From: Candidatus Versatilivorator sp.
Lineage (GTDB): Bacteria > Acidobacteriota > Terriglobia > Versatilivoradales > Versatilivoraceae
DNA length: 64,000 nucleotides
Direction of reading: 5' to 3'
NCBI GenBank assembly: GCA_965207735.1
Contig: OZ242296.1
Span: 928,001-992,000 of the forward strand
The first letter of the stretch is position 1; each line of letters begins with the position of its first letter. Positions 8,398 to 17,718 of the stretch are shown here, one piece after another. The notes beneath the pieces are model-generated. The model saw only the letters and a list, made by a program, of their open reading frames with translations. It did no database searches and was not told the DNA's origin. The translations under genes were made by a program, and so were the position numbers.

Positions 8398-8997
8398 ATG
8401 CTTCAGCTTGCCGGTTCGCTCCTCGCCCCGGTTGCAGGCGCCTTGCTGTACGGGTGGTTGCACAACCGGCCCTATGGCGTGCGCCTCGTTGACGGCTTCA
8501 TGTATGTAGCGGTGCCGGCACTCGTCCTGTGGCAAGTCGTTCCGCACGCCTGGGCCAGTCACGGCCTACTGGCCATTGGGGTCATCGTCCTGGGCATAGT
8601 CACACCCGCTCTCATCGAGCGCCTCTCTCACAAGCTTGCTCCGCACACCGACAACCTGGCTCTCCTGGCCGGGTTGTCGGGGCTGTCGCTGCACGCGTTT
8701 CTGGAGGGAGCGGCGCTCGTTTCAAAAGCGCTTCATATCGGACTCGCCGTGATTCTGCACCGGATTCCGGTCGGCCTGACGGTCTGGTGGTTGTTACGTC
8801 CCCGTCACGGCTTCAGGGGAGCTTCACTGGGAATTGCGGCGATCCTCGTGGCCACGGTCGCCGGTTACGCTGCCGGCGCCCGTTTCTTCGGGGACGGTCA
8901 TAGCGGTGCAGGGCTCTATCAGGCGTTTGTCGGCGGATCGCTTCTGCACGTGGTGTTTCACCAGAGCCGCCGCGACCATAGTCACGAGCACGACTAG
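8398..8997 (+). CDS. ZIP-like divalent metal transporter domain protein
   Basis: Multi-TM; LHAFLEG and ILHRIPVG resemble ZIP TM4/TM5 motifs; C-terminal His-rich tail (HVVFHQSRRDHSHEHD). Confidence 0.65.
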   Translation: MLQLAGSLLAPVAGALLYGWLHNRPYGVRLVDGFMYVAVPALVLWQVVPHAWASHGLLAIGVIVLGIVTPALIERLSHKLAPHTDNLALLAGLSGLSLHAFLEGAALVSKALHIGLAVILHRIPVGLTVWWLLRPRHGFRGASLGIAAILVATVAGYAAGARFFGDGHSGAGLYQAFVGGSLLHVVFHQSRRDHSHEHD

Positions 8998-9002
8998 CGA
9001 GG

Positions 9003-9347
9003 CTATAAAGAGGCCAGAGCGCTCCAGCGCGAGTTGCGGATCAGCATGACCTGATCGAAGCCGCTGACGCGAAAAACCTCGTGGATGTTGTCCTTCATGG
9101 AGCACAAGATGAACTTGCCCTGTTTCGACTGAAACTGTTTGGCAGCTACCAGAATCACACGCATTCCCGCACTGCTGACAAATTTGAGCCGGCTGAAGTC
9201 GATAATCAGGTTCTGTTCACCGTTCCTGATGTGATCCATTACCAGTGATTCAAACGAGTCCGCATTCGGGCCGTACAAGCGGTTGACAGGGATCAGAACC
9301 AACACCCCGGATTCTCGCTCCTCGATTACTTCAATATCAGTGATCAT
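9003..9347 (-). CDS. STAS-domain anti-sigma-factor antagonist
   Basis: LIIDFSRLKFVSSAGMRVIL..IHEVFRVSGF; likely ATG at 9347. Confidence 0.85.
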   Translation of the reverse strand: MITDIEVIEERESGVLVLIPVNRLYGPNADSFESLVMDHIRNGEQNLIIDFSRLKFVSSAGMRVILVAAKQFQSKQGKFILCSMKDNIHEVFRVSGFDQVMLIRNSRWSALASL

Positions 9348-9465
9348 TGTGGCACCTGAATGTCGGCCTGCCCCCAGTCGTCTCGGACGGGCTGATGGTT
9401 CCTGTACGCCATGAATTTGCAGAAGGGTAAAGTATCCACGATCAATTTGTCCAGGGCGATTTGCA

Positions 9466-12400
9466 TCACGCCTCATCGTCGCTTTCGAGCCAGCGATACA
9501 GCGATGGAAGCACGAAAAGCGTCAGCAGAGTCGAGGTTACCAGTCCACCGATGACGACCGTCGCCAAGGGACTCTGCACCTCGGCACCCGCACTGGTCGA
9601 CAAGGCCATGGGAACGAATCCGAGACTGGCGACCAGTGCCGTCATCAGGACCGGCCTCATGCGGCGCTCGGCGCCCTGACGCACCGCCTCGTCCACCGTC
9701 ATACCCTGCTTTCTGAGGTCGAGAAAGTAGGAAACCATCACGACGCCGTTCAGCACCGCAACGCCGAAGAGCGCGATGAAGCCGACGCCGGCTGAGATGC
9801 TGAGAGGCAGTCCGCGCAGGAACAGCGCCAGGATGCCTCCGGTGGCCGCCAGCGGGATGTTGAAGTAGATGAGCATTGCCGGCTTGGCCGCCTTGAAGGC
9901 CGTATAGAGCAATAGAAAGATCAGGAAGAGTGCAATCGGCACGACCAGGGCCAAGCGTTTGGTGGCCCGCTCCATGTTCTCGAACTGTCCACCGTATTCC
10001 ACGGAATAGCCGGGTGGCAGATCGACTCCGCCGGCAACCGCCGCCCGCACATCTGTGGCGAAACTGCCGAGATCGCGGCCGCGCACGTTGGCTTCGACTG
10101 TAATTCTCCGCTGGATCTGCTCCCGGCTAATCTGAGCCGGGCCCTCCTCGGTCCAGATCTCGGCGAGTTGCGACAGCGGGATCATGGCGCCGCCAGGATC
10201 AGACACCCGGATCGATCGGATCTGCTCGATATTGTTGCGGGCCTCGGGCACGAACCTCGCCCGCAAGGGGAAGCGAGCCTGTCCCTCGAGCACCTCGCCG
10301 AGCGTCGTTCCTCCCATCGTCTCGACCACGGCCAGTACGTCGGCGACATTGATGCCATAACGAGCCACCGCTGCACGATCGATCCGTACACGCAGAAAAG
10401 GCAGTCCGGACGTCTGTTCCGCCTTGACGTCGGCGGCGCCGGGAACGCCGGCCACCACCCGCCGCACCTCGTCCCCGATGCGTCGTAACTCGTCGAGGTC
10501 GGGACCGTATACGGTGACCGCCAAGTCGGAACGGACACCAGCGATCATCTCCTGCATGCGCAATTCGATGGGTTGCGAGTAGCTGAAGATGTTGCCGGGC
10601 ACCCGATGCTCGAGCGCACGGTTGATCTCCTCGATCAGGCCTTCCTTGGTATCGGCCGTTTCCCAGTTACTGTCGTCGGTCAGGATCGCATAGATGTCGC
10701 TGGTCTCAACCCCCATCGGGTCGGTGGGGATCTCGGCTTGACCGGTCCGAGAAACCACCGTCACAACCTCGGGGAATTCCAGCAGCGTCTTCTCGATGAG
10801 TGTCGTGCTCTTGGTTGACTCCGAGAGCGCTACGCTTGGGAGACGCCAAGCCTGAACCGCAATGGCGCCCTCGTTGAGCTTGGGCAGGAACTCCGTGCCC
10901 ATGAAGGGGACCAACAGGAGCGAAGCGGCAAAGACGAGCGCCGCTCCGGCTCCGGCCAGGCGCGGATACGACAGAACCCTGTCGAGCAGCGGTCGGTACA
11001 GCCTCAGCAGCCAGGCCACCAGGCGGGGGGTCTTGTGTGGGATTCGCTTCCGAAACACCATCAGGGAGAGCACCGGCATCAGCGTCAGAGCCAACACCAG
11101 TGAAGCCACCAGAGCGAAGACCACGGTCAGGGCCATTGGCCGGAACATCTTTCCTTCGATTCCCTGCAGGACCATGATGGGCAGGTAGACGATGATGATG
11201 ATCATCACCGCAAAGAACACCGGGCGCGCCACTTCGCGACCTGCCCAGCCCACCACCTCACCACGTATCTGTCCATTTCGCGCCTGGCTCAGGCGCCGAA
11301 CGATGTTCTCGACCATGACAACCGATCCGTCGACGATCAGCCCGAAGTCGATTGCGCCCAGGCTCATCAAGTTGCCGGAAAGCCCTGCCTGTACCATTCC
11401 GGTAAAGGCGAACAGCATCGATAACGGAATCACCGAGGCGACGATCAATCCTCCGCGCAGGTTGCCCAGAAACAGCAGGAGCACGGCGATCACCAGCAGG
11501 CCCCCTTCCACCAGGTTCTGCTGCACGGTGGCTATGGTCCGCCGGACCAGATCGGTTCGGTCGTAGAAGGTTTCGATTTCAACGCCTGGAGGCAATGTCG
11601 GTTTGATGCGCGCCAACTCCTCGTCCACCTTTCGAGCAACGACGCGCGGGTTCTCGCCCATCAGCATCATGACGACGCCGGTCACCACCTCGCCTCTACC
11701 GTCTCGAGTCACGGCGCCCTGCCGGACCATGGGCGCGAAGGCGGCTTTGCCGATATTGCGAATGAAGATGGGAGTACCGTCCTCGACGGCCGTGACCACG
11801 ATATTGTCGATGTCCTCAAGGGAGTCGATCAGGCCCTCGCCGCGAATGACGTACTGCTCCTGGGAGCGTTCGATGTAAGCGCCTCCCGCATTCGCGTTGT
11901 TCTCTCGAAGCGCGTCGAAGACCATTTCGAGCGAAACGTTGTGGGCAACCAGGCGATTGGGATCGAGCTGCACCTCATAGGTTTTGAGCTCGCCACCGTA
12001 GGAATTCACCTCGACCACGCCCGGTACCGACTGCAGCTTGAACCCGATCTCCCAGTCGAGGATGCTGCGCAACTCCATTGGGGTATACCCTTCGCCACGA
12101 ACCTCGAACTGGTAGATCTCACCCAACCCGGTGCTGATCGGACCCATTGAGGGTGTGCCGTAGCCCTCCGGAATCAACTCGCGGGCCTCGGGCAGCCGCT
12201 CCATTACGAGCCGGCGTGCGAAGTAGAGGTCGATCGACTCTTCGAAATAGATGTAGACCGACGAGAGTCCGAACCGCGAAACCGATCGGATCTTGGTGAT
12301 GCCGGGAAGGCCGCTCATTGCGGTTTCGACTGGAAAGGTGACAAACTGCTCGACCTCCACCGGCCCGAGCCCGGGCGTCTGGGTCAAAACCGCCACCTGG

Positions 12401-12531
12401 TTTGGAGTCACGTCGGGCACCGCATCGATCGGCAACTGGAACATCGAGTAGACGCCGAAGCCGGCAGCCAACAGGGTGAACGCCAGGATGAGAAACCGAT
12501 TGCGGAGGGAGAAATCGATGAGGCGATGCAT
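9466..12531 (-). CDS. czcA: CusA/CzcA heavy-metal efflux RND transporter
   Basis: LPIDAVPDVT, GNLMSLGAIDFGLIVDG, GFIALFGVAVLNG and RPVLMTALVASLGFVPMA; 1021 aa. Confidence 0.95.
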   Translation of the reverse strand: MHRLIDFSLRNRFLILAFTLLAAGFGVYSMFQLPIDAVPDVTPNQVAVLTQTPGLGPVEVEQFVTFPVETAMSGLPGITKIRSVSRFGLSSVYIYFEESIDLYFARRLVMERLPEARELIPEGYGTPSMGPISTGLGEIYQFEVRGEGYTPMELRSILDWEIGFKLQSVPGVVEVNSYGGELKTYEVQLDPNRLVAHNVSLEMVFDALRENNANAGGAYIERSQEQYVIRGEGLIDSLEDIDNIVVTAVEDGTPIFIRNIGKAAFAPMVRQGAVTRDGRGEVVTGVVMMLMGENPRVVARKVDEELARIKPTLPPGVEIETFYDRTDLVRRTIATVQQNLVEGGLLVIAVLLLFLGNLRGGLIVASVIPLSMLFAFTGMVQAGLSGNLMSLGAIDFGLIVDGSVVMVENIVRRLSQARNGQIRGEVVGWAGREVARPVFFAVMIIIIVYLPIMVLQGIEGKMFRPMALTVVFALVASLVLALTLMPVLSLMVFRKRIPHKTPRLVAWLLRLYRPLLDRVLSYPRLAGAGAALVFAASLLLVPFMGTEFLPKLNEGAIAVQAWRLPSVALSESTKSTTLIEKTLLEFPEVVTVVSRTGQAEIPTDPMGVETSDIYAILTDDSNWETADTKEGLIEEINRALEHRVPGNIFSYSQPIELRMQEMIAGVRSDLAVTVYGPDLDELRRIGDEVRRVVAGVPGAADVKAEQTSGLPFLRVRIDRAAVARYGINVADVLAVVETMGGTTLGEVLEGQARFPLRARFVPEARNNIEQIRSIRVSDPGGAMIPLSQLAEIWTEEGPAQISREQIQRRITVEANVRGRDLGSFATDVRAAVAGGVDLPPGYSVEYGGQFENMERATKRLALVVPIALFLIFLLLYTAFKAAKPAMLIYFNIPLAATGGILALFLRGLPLSISAGVGFIALFGVAVLNGVVMVSYFLDLRKQGMTVDEAVRQGAERRMRPVLMTALVASLGFVPMALSTSAGAEVQSPLATVVIGGLVTSTLLTLFVLPSLYRWLESDDEA

Positions 12532-12532
12532 G

Positions 12533-12667
12533 TTAGTGCGAGTGGCCGATCCGCACGTGATCGATCGGCAATTGGAACATTGAATGCACTCCGAACTCGG
12601 AAGCCACTACCGTGAACGCCAGGATGCGATACCGATTGTGGCGGGAGGAATCGACGAGGGAATTCAT
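12533..12667 (-). other. 44-codon chimeric mini-ORF from a diverged ~136-bp tandem duplication of the czcB/czcA junction
   Basis: MNSLVDSSRHNRYRILAFTVVASEFGVHSMFQLPID-HVRIGHSH* aligns codon by codon to the CzcA N-terminus (MHRLIDFSLRNRFLILAFTLLAAGFGVYSMFQLPID) plus the CzcB C-terminus (HERIGHSH*). Confidence 0.85.
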
Positions 12668-12668
12668 G

Positions 12669-14024
12669 TTAGTGCGAATGACCGATTCGCTCGTGAAGCA
12701 ACGCGGTTTTCAAATAGAAGCTGCCGGTCGACACGATCGTTTCGCCCGGCTTCAGGCCGCTGACCACCTCAACCTGACCGCCGGCCGTCGAACCGAGCGT
12801 CACGTCGCGGCGCTCAAAGGCGGTCGGTCCTGTCCGCGCGAAGACAACTGACTGCCCGTCAATCTGTTGAACCGCATCCACGGGAGCCACCAGCGTGGAA
12901 ACCTTCTCATTTGTAGGGATGGAAACTCTGGTGAACATGCCGAGCTTCAGCGCCTTGTCGGGATTCTTGACGACACAGCGCACGTGAGCGGCGCGCGTGC
13001 TCATTTCGATGGTGTCCGAGATGTAGGTGATGCGGCCGGTGAACACCCGGTCCGGATAGGCATCGACCTGAATCGTGACTTCGGCGTCCGTTGGGAGGCG
13101 GCCCAGGTCGGGCTCGTAGACATCGGCGAGAACCCAAACCGTTGACATGTTGGTAATCGTCAGCAGCTCGCGGCCAGGATCGACCAGGTCGCCCACTGCC
13201 ACACCGAACTCCGTCACGGTCCCCGCGAAGGGTGCGCGAAGCACATTGAGCGACATTTCGCGGTGTCGTTCCGCGGCCGCCCGCATCTCGTCGGCACTAC
13301 CGCTCGGGGCGACTTCCGAAAGGTCTTCGTCCGTCAGTCCGAAGCGATGTATCCGCTCCTCGATTCTGCTCACCTCCGCCTGGTTGCTGACCAGGCCGGC
13401 CCGGGCCTGCTCGAACTCCGACCGGCGCAGATCGAGGGTCTGCTGAGAGATCGCCTCAAGGCCGATCAATTGCTCTGCCCGTTGCAAGCTCCGTTGCAAG
13501 ACCTCTAGGTCGGCCTCGGCCTGGCGTCGAGCCGCTACCGCCGCCCGGTATTCCCCGATGTGGTCTCCAAGCGCGATGTTGTCGTAATGCACGAGCACTT
13601 GTCCCGCTCGCACGCGGTCGCCAAGGCTGACGTCGACTTGCTTGACGACCCCCTCCGCCAACGGCCGCAGGCGCACCACTCGTGAGATGACGGGCGTGAC
13701 CAGACCGGTCACGTTCATCGGTACGGGATGGGCACGGCGCTCCGCGGCTGCAACCTGCATGCCGGCGTTCTGCTGGGCCTCCAGGGGAATCTCCAGCGAA
13801 CCATCGGCCTCGTCTCCGGCGTGCTCTTCACCGTCATGGGTCTCGCCGGCGTGTTCCTCCTCAGCGTGGTCTTCCCCATGGTGAGCCCCATTGTTTCCCG
13901 TCTCCAGGCAGGCTGAACCTGCCGCGGCTCCCAAGCAGATCGCCAGCCAGACGAGCACTGCACCCAGCCCGCCTTGCCGGCGCAGTCTGTGACGCAGTCG
14001 GTGACGCGGTCCATGCATTTGCAA
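12669..14024 (-). CDS. czcB: CzcB-like RND membrane fusion protein
   Basis: His/Glu-rich N-segment; LRAPFAGTV, VWVLADVYE, FTGRITYI and LKLGMF. Confidence 0.92.
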   Translation of the reverse strand: MQMHGPRHRLRHRLRRQGGLGAVLVWLAICLGAAAGSACLETGNNGAHHGEDHAEEEHAGETHDGEEHAGDEADGSLEIPLEAQQNAGMQVAAAERRAHPVPMNVTGLVTPVISRVVRLRPLAEGVVKQVDVSLGDRVRAGQVLVHYDNIALGDHIGEYRAAVAARRQAEADLEVLQRSLQRAEQLIGLEAISQQTLDLRRSEFEQARAGLVSNQAEVSRIEERIHRFGLTDEDLSEVAPSGSADEMRAAAERHREMSLNVLRAPFAGTVTEFGVAVGDLVDPGRELLTITNMSTVWVLADVYEPDLGRLPTDAEVTIQVDAYPDRVFTGRITYISDTIEMSTRAAHVRCVVKNPDKALKLGMFTRVSIPTNEKVSTLVAPVDAVQQIDGQSVVFARTGPTAFERRDVTLGSTAGGQVEVVSGLKPGETIVSTGSFYLKTALLHERIGHSH

Positions 14025-14043
14025 TCGCTCCCTCGGAGCCGGG

Positions 14044-15351
14044 TCAGGGTTTTCCCGTCGGCCGGATGCCGACGGCCGCCGCCATCTCTATCAGGCTGAT
14101 GCGCAGGTCGTAGAGAGCCTGGTTGCGCACCTGCTGAGTTACGATGAATTCGCGCTGCACATCCAGGAAATCGATCAGCGCGGTCTCGCCAAGGTGGTAG
14201 GAGGCCTGGATCAGGTCATGCAATTCCCTTGAGCTGCGAAGATACTCCTGGTCAATATAGCGGACCCGCTTCGCACTGCTGTCGACGGCGTTGGCCGCCA
14301 TCTGCAACTCGGTGTCGACCGCCAACTTTTCCGCCCTCTCCAGTGCCTGGGCTCGGCGTCGTTCGGCAAAGGCCCGCTGTACTCCAGCGGGATTCAGACT
14401 GCCGAATAACGGAATCGGGATGCTGACTTCGAAATCCATGGCGTGCTCGCCGAAATCCCGGCGGTAGCCCCAGGCGAAAGTGACATTTGGAGCACGCATC
14501 GCGTGTTGCAGCTCCATCTCGGCTTCAGCGCGTTCGCGGGCATGGCGAGCGGCCTGCAGATCCGGCCGGATTGAGGCAGCGTCCTTCCGCAACGAATTCA
14601 ATTCAGCCGTGACGCCCTCACCCGTGGCGATCAGTCCACCGTCCGGACTTCGGAGTGGAGACGGCTCCAGCGGATCTATCGCTTCGAGCTGTTGCCGCAG
14701 GTCGGCTGCTCCGAGCAGATTCAGCAACACCACGCGTGCGTCGCTCATCGCCAGTTCCGTTGTCAGGACCTCATCGAAGAAATGGAGGCGCTCCACCTGC
14801 AGCCGGCGGAGCTCCGTGCCTGCCACTTCACCCACCTTGAACCTGGCCTCGGTCAAGGCGATGACACGCTCAATATCCTTGAGCGCCGCTTCCGCCGTGG
14901 TCTGATTGGCTTGGGCGAGTGCAAGCTGGAAGTATGCCTTGCTTACTTCGAGCTGCAGACGTCGAAGTTCATCGGCAACTTCCGAGCGCGCCACCCCGAT
15001 ACCGGCGTCAGCTGCTTTCATGCGGTGCCCACGACGGCCGGCGGTCTCGATCTCCTGCTCCATTCGGACGATCAAGGCCTGGCCGTTCAGGAATGAGGGA
15101 ACGTTGGGCCCAAAGATCGAATACTCCTCGCCTTCCACTGCAATTTCGGGGTTCGGCCGGCTGGCCGCCTCGCGCGCATCCGCCTCCGCGATCTCAACCA
15201 GGTTTCGGGCGGCGCGGAAATTGGCGTTGGCCACCTCGGCGATGCGCAGGGCATCGGCAAGCGTCAACCTTTCCGGGATCTCCGTATCCTGCCCCGATGC
15301 CGGAATATAAAGCAGGAACAGGGCACAGAAGAACAGCGTGGCGAACCTCAT
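14044..15351 (-). CDS. czcC: CzcC/TolC-family outer membrane efflux protein
   Basis: Signal peptide from ATG 15351; LTLADALRIA, RPDLQAAR and SYHLGETALIDFLDVQR. Confidence 0.9.
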   Translation of the reverse strand: MRFATLFFCALFLLYIPASGQDTEIPERLTLADALRIAEVANANFRAARNLVEIAEADAREAASRPNPEIAVEGEEYSIFGPNVPSFLNGQALIVRMEQEIETAGRRGHRMKAADAGIGVARSEVADELRRLQLEVSKAYFQLALAQANQTTAEAALKDIERVIALTEARFKVGEVAGTELRRLQVERLHFFDEVLTTELAMSDARVVLLNLLGAADLRQQLEAIDPLEPSPLRSPDGGLIATGEGVTAELNSLRKDAASIRPDLQAARHARERAEAEMELQHAMRAPNVTFAWGYRRDFGEHAMDFEVSIPIPLFGSLNPAGVQRAFAERRRAQALERAEKLAVDTELQMAANAVDSSAKRVRYIDQEYLRSSRELHDLIQASYHLGETALIDFLDVQREFIVTQQVRNQALYDLRISLIEMAAAVGIRPTGKP

Positions 15352-15644
15352 CGGACTAAAAAAGGGGATGGGGTCGTGGATAAGCAATTCTATGTCAAGT
15401 CGCAGCCGGTGCTCCGGAGCCCGCCTCGGAGTCTTGCACAAGGGGATCTCCGGCGGAATACGGCAGTTCGTGTCGTCGAAGGCTGAACAGCTGCGATCTC
15501 CTTGAAATCACTTTATTTGGAAGCAATTCAGAGTACGAAGTATATCATAGGCTCGTAGGAAGTCGGTCGGAGACAAACCGGGGTCCGGCTTTCAACCGCT
15601 GCCACGCTGTTCCCCCAAGGCAAATTCTCACATCTGAGGCACAC

Positions 15645-16793
15645 ATGGAACCAACGCAACTGAAAATCGTCCGGTCAAGGCTTGTCCCCTGGCTAATCGT
15701 CATCGTGTCGTTATACGTGCTGCTTGTGGCGGTTGACGTGATCGGCAAGGGCTTTCGTCAAGAATTCGGTGGTGCGGAGGGCGCCGAATCTCTGTTCATG
15801 TTTGCAACGAACCCGTTCATCGGATTGGTACTCGGCATACTGGCCACCTCATTGATCCAATCTTCCAGCACCGTTACATCCATCATCGTCGCTCTTGTAG
15901 CGGGTGGATTGCCCATTGCAACGGCAATTCCAATGATAATGGGCGCCAACGTGGGAACGACAGTCACCAATACCATAGTCAGTTTCGGTCATGTGAATCG
16001 GCCGGGGGAATTCAGAAACGCGTTTGCAGCCGCCACTGTACACGACTTTTTCAATCTGCTGAGTATCCTGATATTCCTGCCCTTGGAACTCGCGTTCGGT
16101 TTTCTTGAAAAACTGAGCGGCGCTCTAACCCATGTCATCGAGAACATGGGGACTGTTGATGCTTCGGGCAAGGGCATAGTGAAAATCGTGGTCGGTGCCG
16201 GTACTGGTTTTGTAGAGTCGTTGACGTCTTCGCTGCCCGACCTGTGGGCGGGTCTGGTTTTAATTGGTGTGGGAATCCTGCTCATTCTGCTGTCGATCAC
16301 CTATCTTGGAAGCGCGCTCAAAACCGTCTTCGTGGGCAGGTCCCGAAGCTTTCTGCAGGCAGCCGTCGGAAAGGGTCCGGTGACCGGCATACTTTCCGGC
16401 ACCGTGGTTACAGTGCTGGTGCAATCGTCCTCGACTACCACAAGCATCATTGTGCCCTTGGCGGGTAGCGGCATGATCGGTCTGCGTCATGTCTACCCGT
16501 TCACGCTGGGGGCCAACATCGGAACCACAGTCACTGCGCTTATAGCTGCGACGGCGATTACGGGCGCTACTCATGCCATTGCGCACCAGATCGCCATTGC
16601 GCACTTTCTTTACAATCTGCTGGGCGTAGTCGTCATTTACAGTATTCCTTGGCTGCGGCTGATTCCGACAGCGGGAGCCGAGTGGATCGCACGGCTGGGG
16701 AGTGAGCGCAAAGGATTGGCCGTCGCTTATATGCTCTCTGTATTTTTCGGCGTTCCGGGACTGCTCGTATTGTTCAAGACCTGGCTGTCCTGA
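15645..16793 (+). CDS. Na+/Pi cotransporter (NptA-like)
   Basis: Two QSSS repeats with MGANVGTTVT and LGANIGTTVT; AAATVHDFFN. Confidence 0.92.
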   Translation: MEPTQLKIVRSRLVPWLIVIVSLYVLLVAVDVIGKGFRQEFGGAEGAESLFMFATNPFIGLVLGILATSLIQSSSTVTSIIVALVAGGLPIATAIPMIMGANVGTTVTNTIVSFGHVNRPGEFRNAFAAATVHDFFNLLSILIFLPLELAFGFLEKLSGALTHVIENMGTVDASGKGIVKIVVGAGTGFVESLTSSLPDLWAGLVLIGVGILLILLSITYLGSALKTVFVGRSRSFLQAAVGKGPVTGILSGTVVTVLVQSSSTTTSIIVPLAGSGMIGLRHVYPFTLGANIGTTVTALIAATAITGATHAIAHQIAIAHFLYNLLGVVVIYSIPWLRLIPTAGAEWIARLGSERKGLAVAYMLSVFFGVPGLLVLFKTWLS

Positions 16794-16809
16794 AGTACCA
16801 GGGGTCAAT

Positions 16810-17568
16810 CGGCACCGGCAATATGGGCCTTGCCGATCCTCATCCACGAGCGCTTCCGGTAGCCGGTAGCTGCGTATCACGCTGCCATGCCAGCTTGTCG
16901 AAAGCAGCGTCGACCCGTCCGACCATAGCCCCGACGGGTCGGTGTCCCAACCTGCGGCGACGATGTCCCTCCCAGGCTGCCGCTCGCCGCCCGACAGACG
17001 ATAGGCGTAGATCTGCTCTGCCCAATCCGCAACCCACATTGTCTCCCCGTCCGACCACAGGCCCACCGGCTCCTCATTCGCCGAGAGCGCCACGTCCCGC
17101 ATGTTGAGCCGCGAGCCATCCGACAGCCGATGCGCCCGCAGCTTCCCCTCAAGCCCTGCCGCCCATACCGTGTCCCCGTCCGACCACGTCCCCATCTCCT
17201 GCCGGCAGTATCCGGAACGTCCAGGGCAGGTTTGATCCCTACACCAGCCGCTTCGCACGCCGGACCGTTCCTGCTGTCACCTCAAAGGCGTCGTCGCGCA
17301 GCGTCCTGAAGCCAACCGGAAACTCCTCGCTGAAGCGTAGCTCGAACTCGAACGCATTCTCGCCGTCATGCGTCACCGGCATGTCCAAGAACTCTGCCGT
17401 CAAGGGCGTGACCGTGGCCCGCTGAATCGTCAACGATACCGTGTCGATAGCCGTACCGTTGTAGCTTGCTGCAACCGAAACGGTCTCGTCGCCTTCGGTG
17501 TCGGAATCCGCCGTTGCAGCGATGGTCGAGGAGTCGTTGTCTGAAGTCACTGTTCGAATCAGAAGCAC
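16810..17568 (-). pseudogene. Remnant of a large adhesin/beta-propeller surface-protein gene
   Basis: Fragment 17239-17568 (PLTAEFLDMPVTHDGENAFEFELRFSEEF..RTLRDDAFEVT) and, in another frame, three WSDG repeats (WSDGDTVW, GLWSDGETMWVAD, GLWSDGSTLL). No proper start; the frame runs on antisense into the Na/Pi gene. Confidence 0.7.
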
Positions 17569-17718
17569 TCATGCCGCTCATAAGGATGTGGGGCTTCCCG
17601 GCATCTTCAGCCCCCATAGCTCTTGCGTGTTGATGGTGACCGTCTTGCTCTGTGCCCTCGGGACAAGAAGAAGGCAACACGGGGTAACTACCTTCGATAA
17701 CAGAGTCCTGCAGGTCCC

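Noticed and set aside
16260-17258. 332-aa ORF as an intact gene
   Set aside because: Only the N-terminal part is protein-like; the remainder is antisense to the Na/Pi symporter, so it is treated as a pseudogene fragment.
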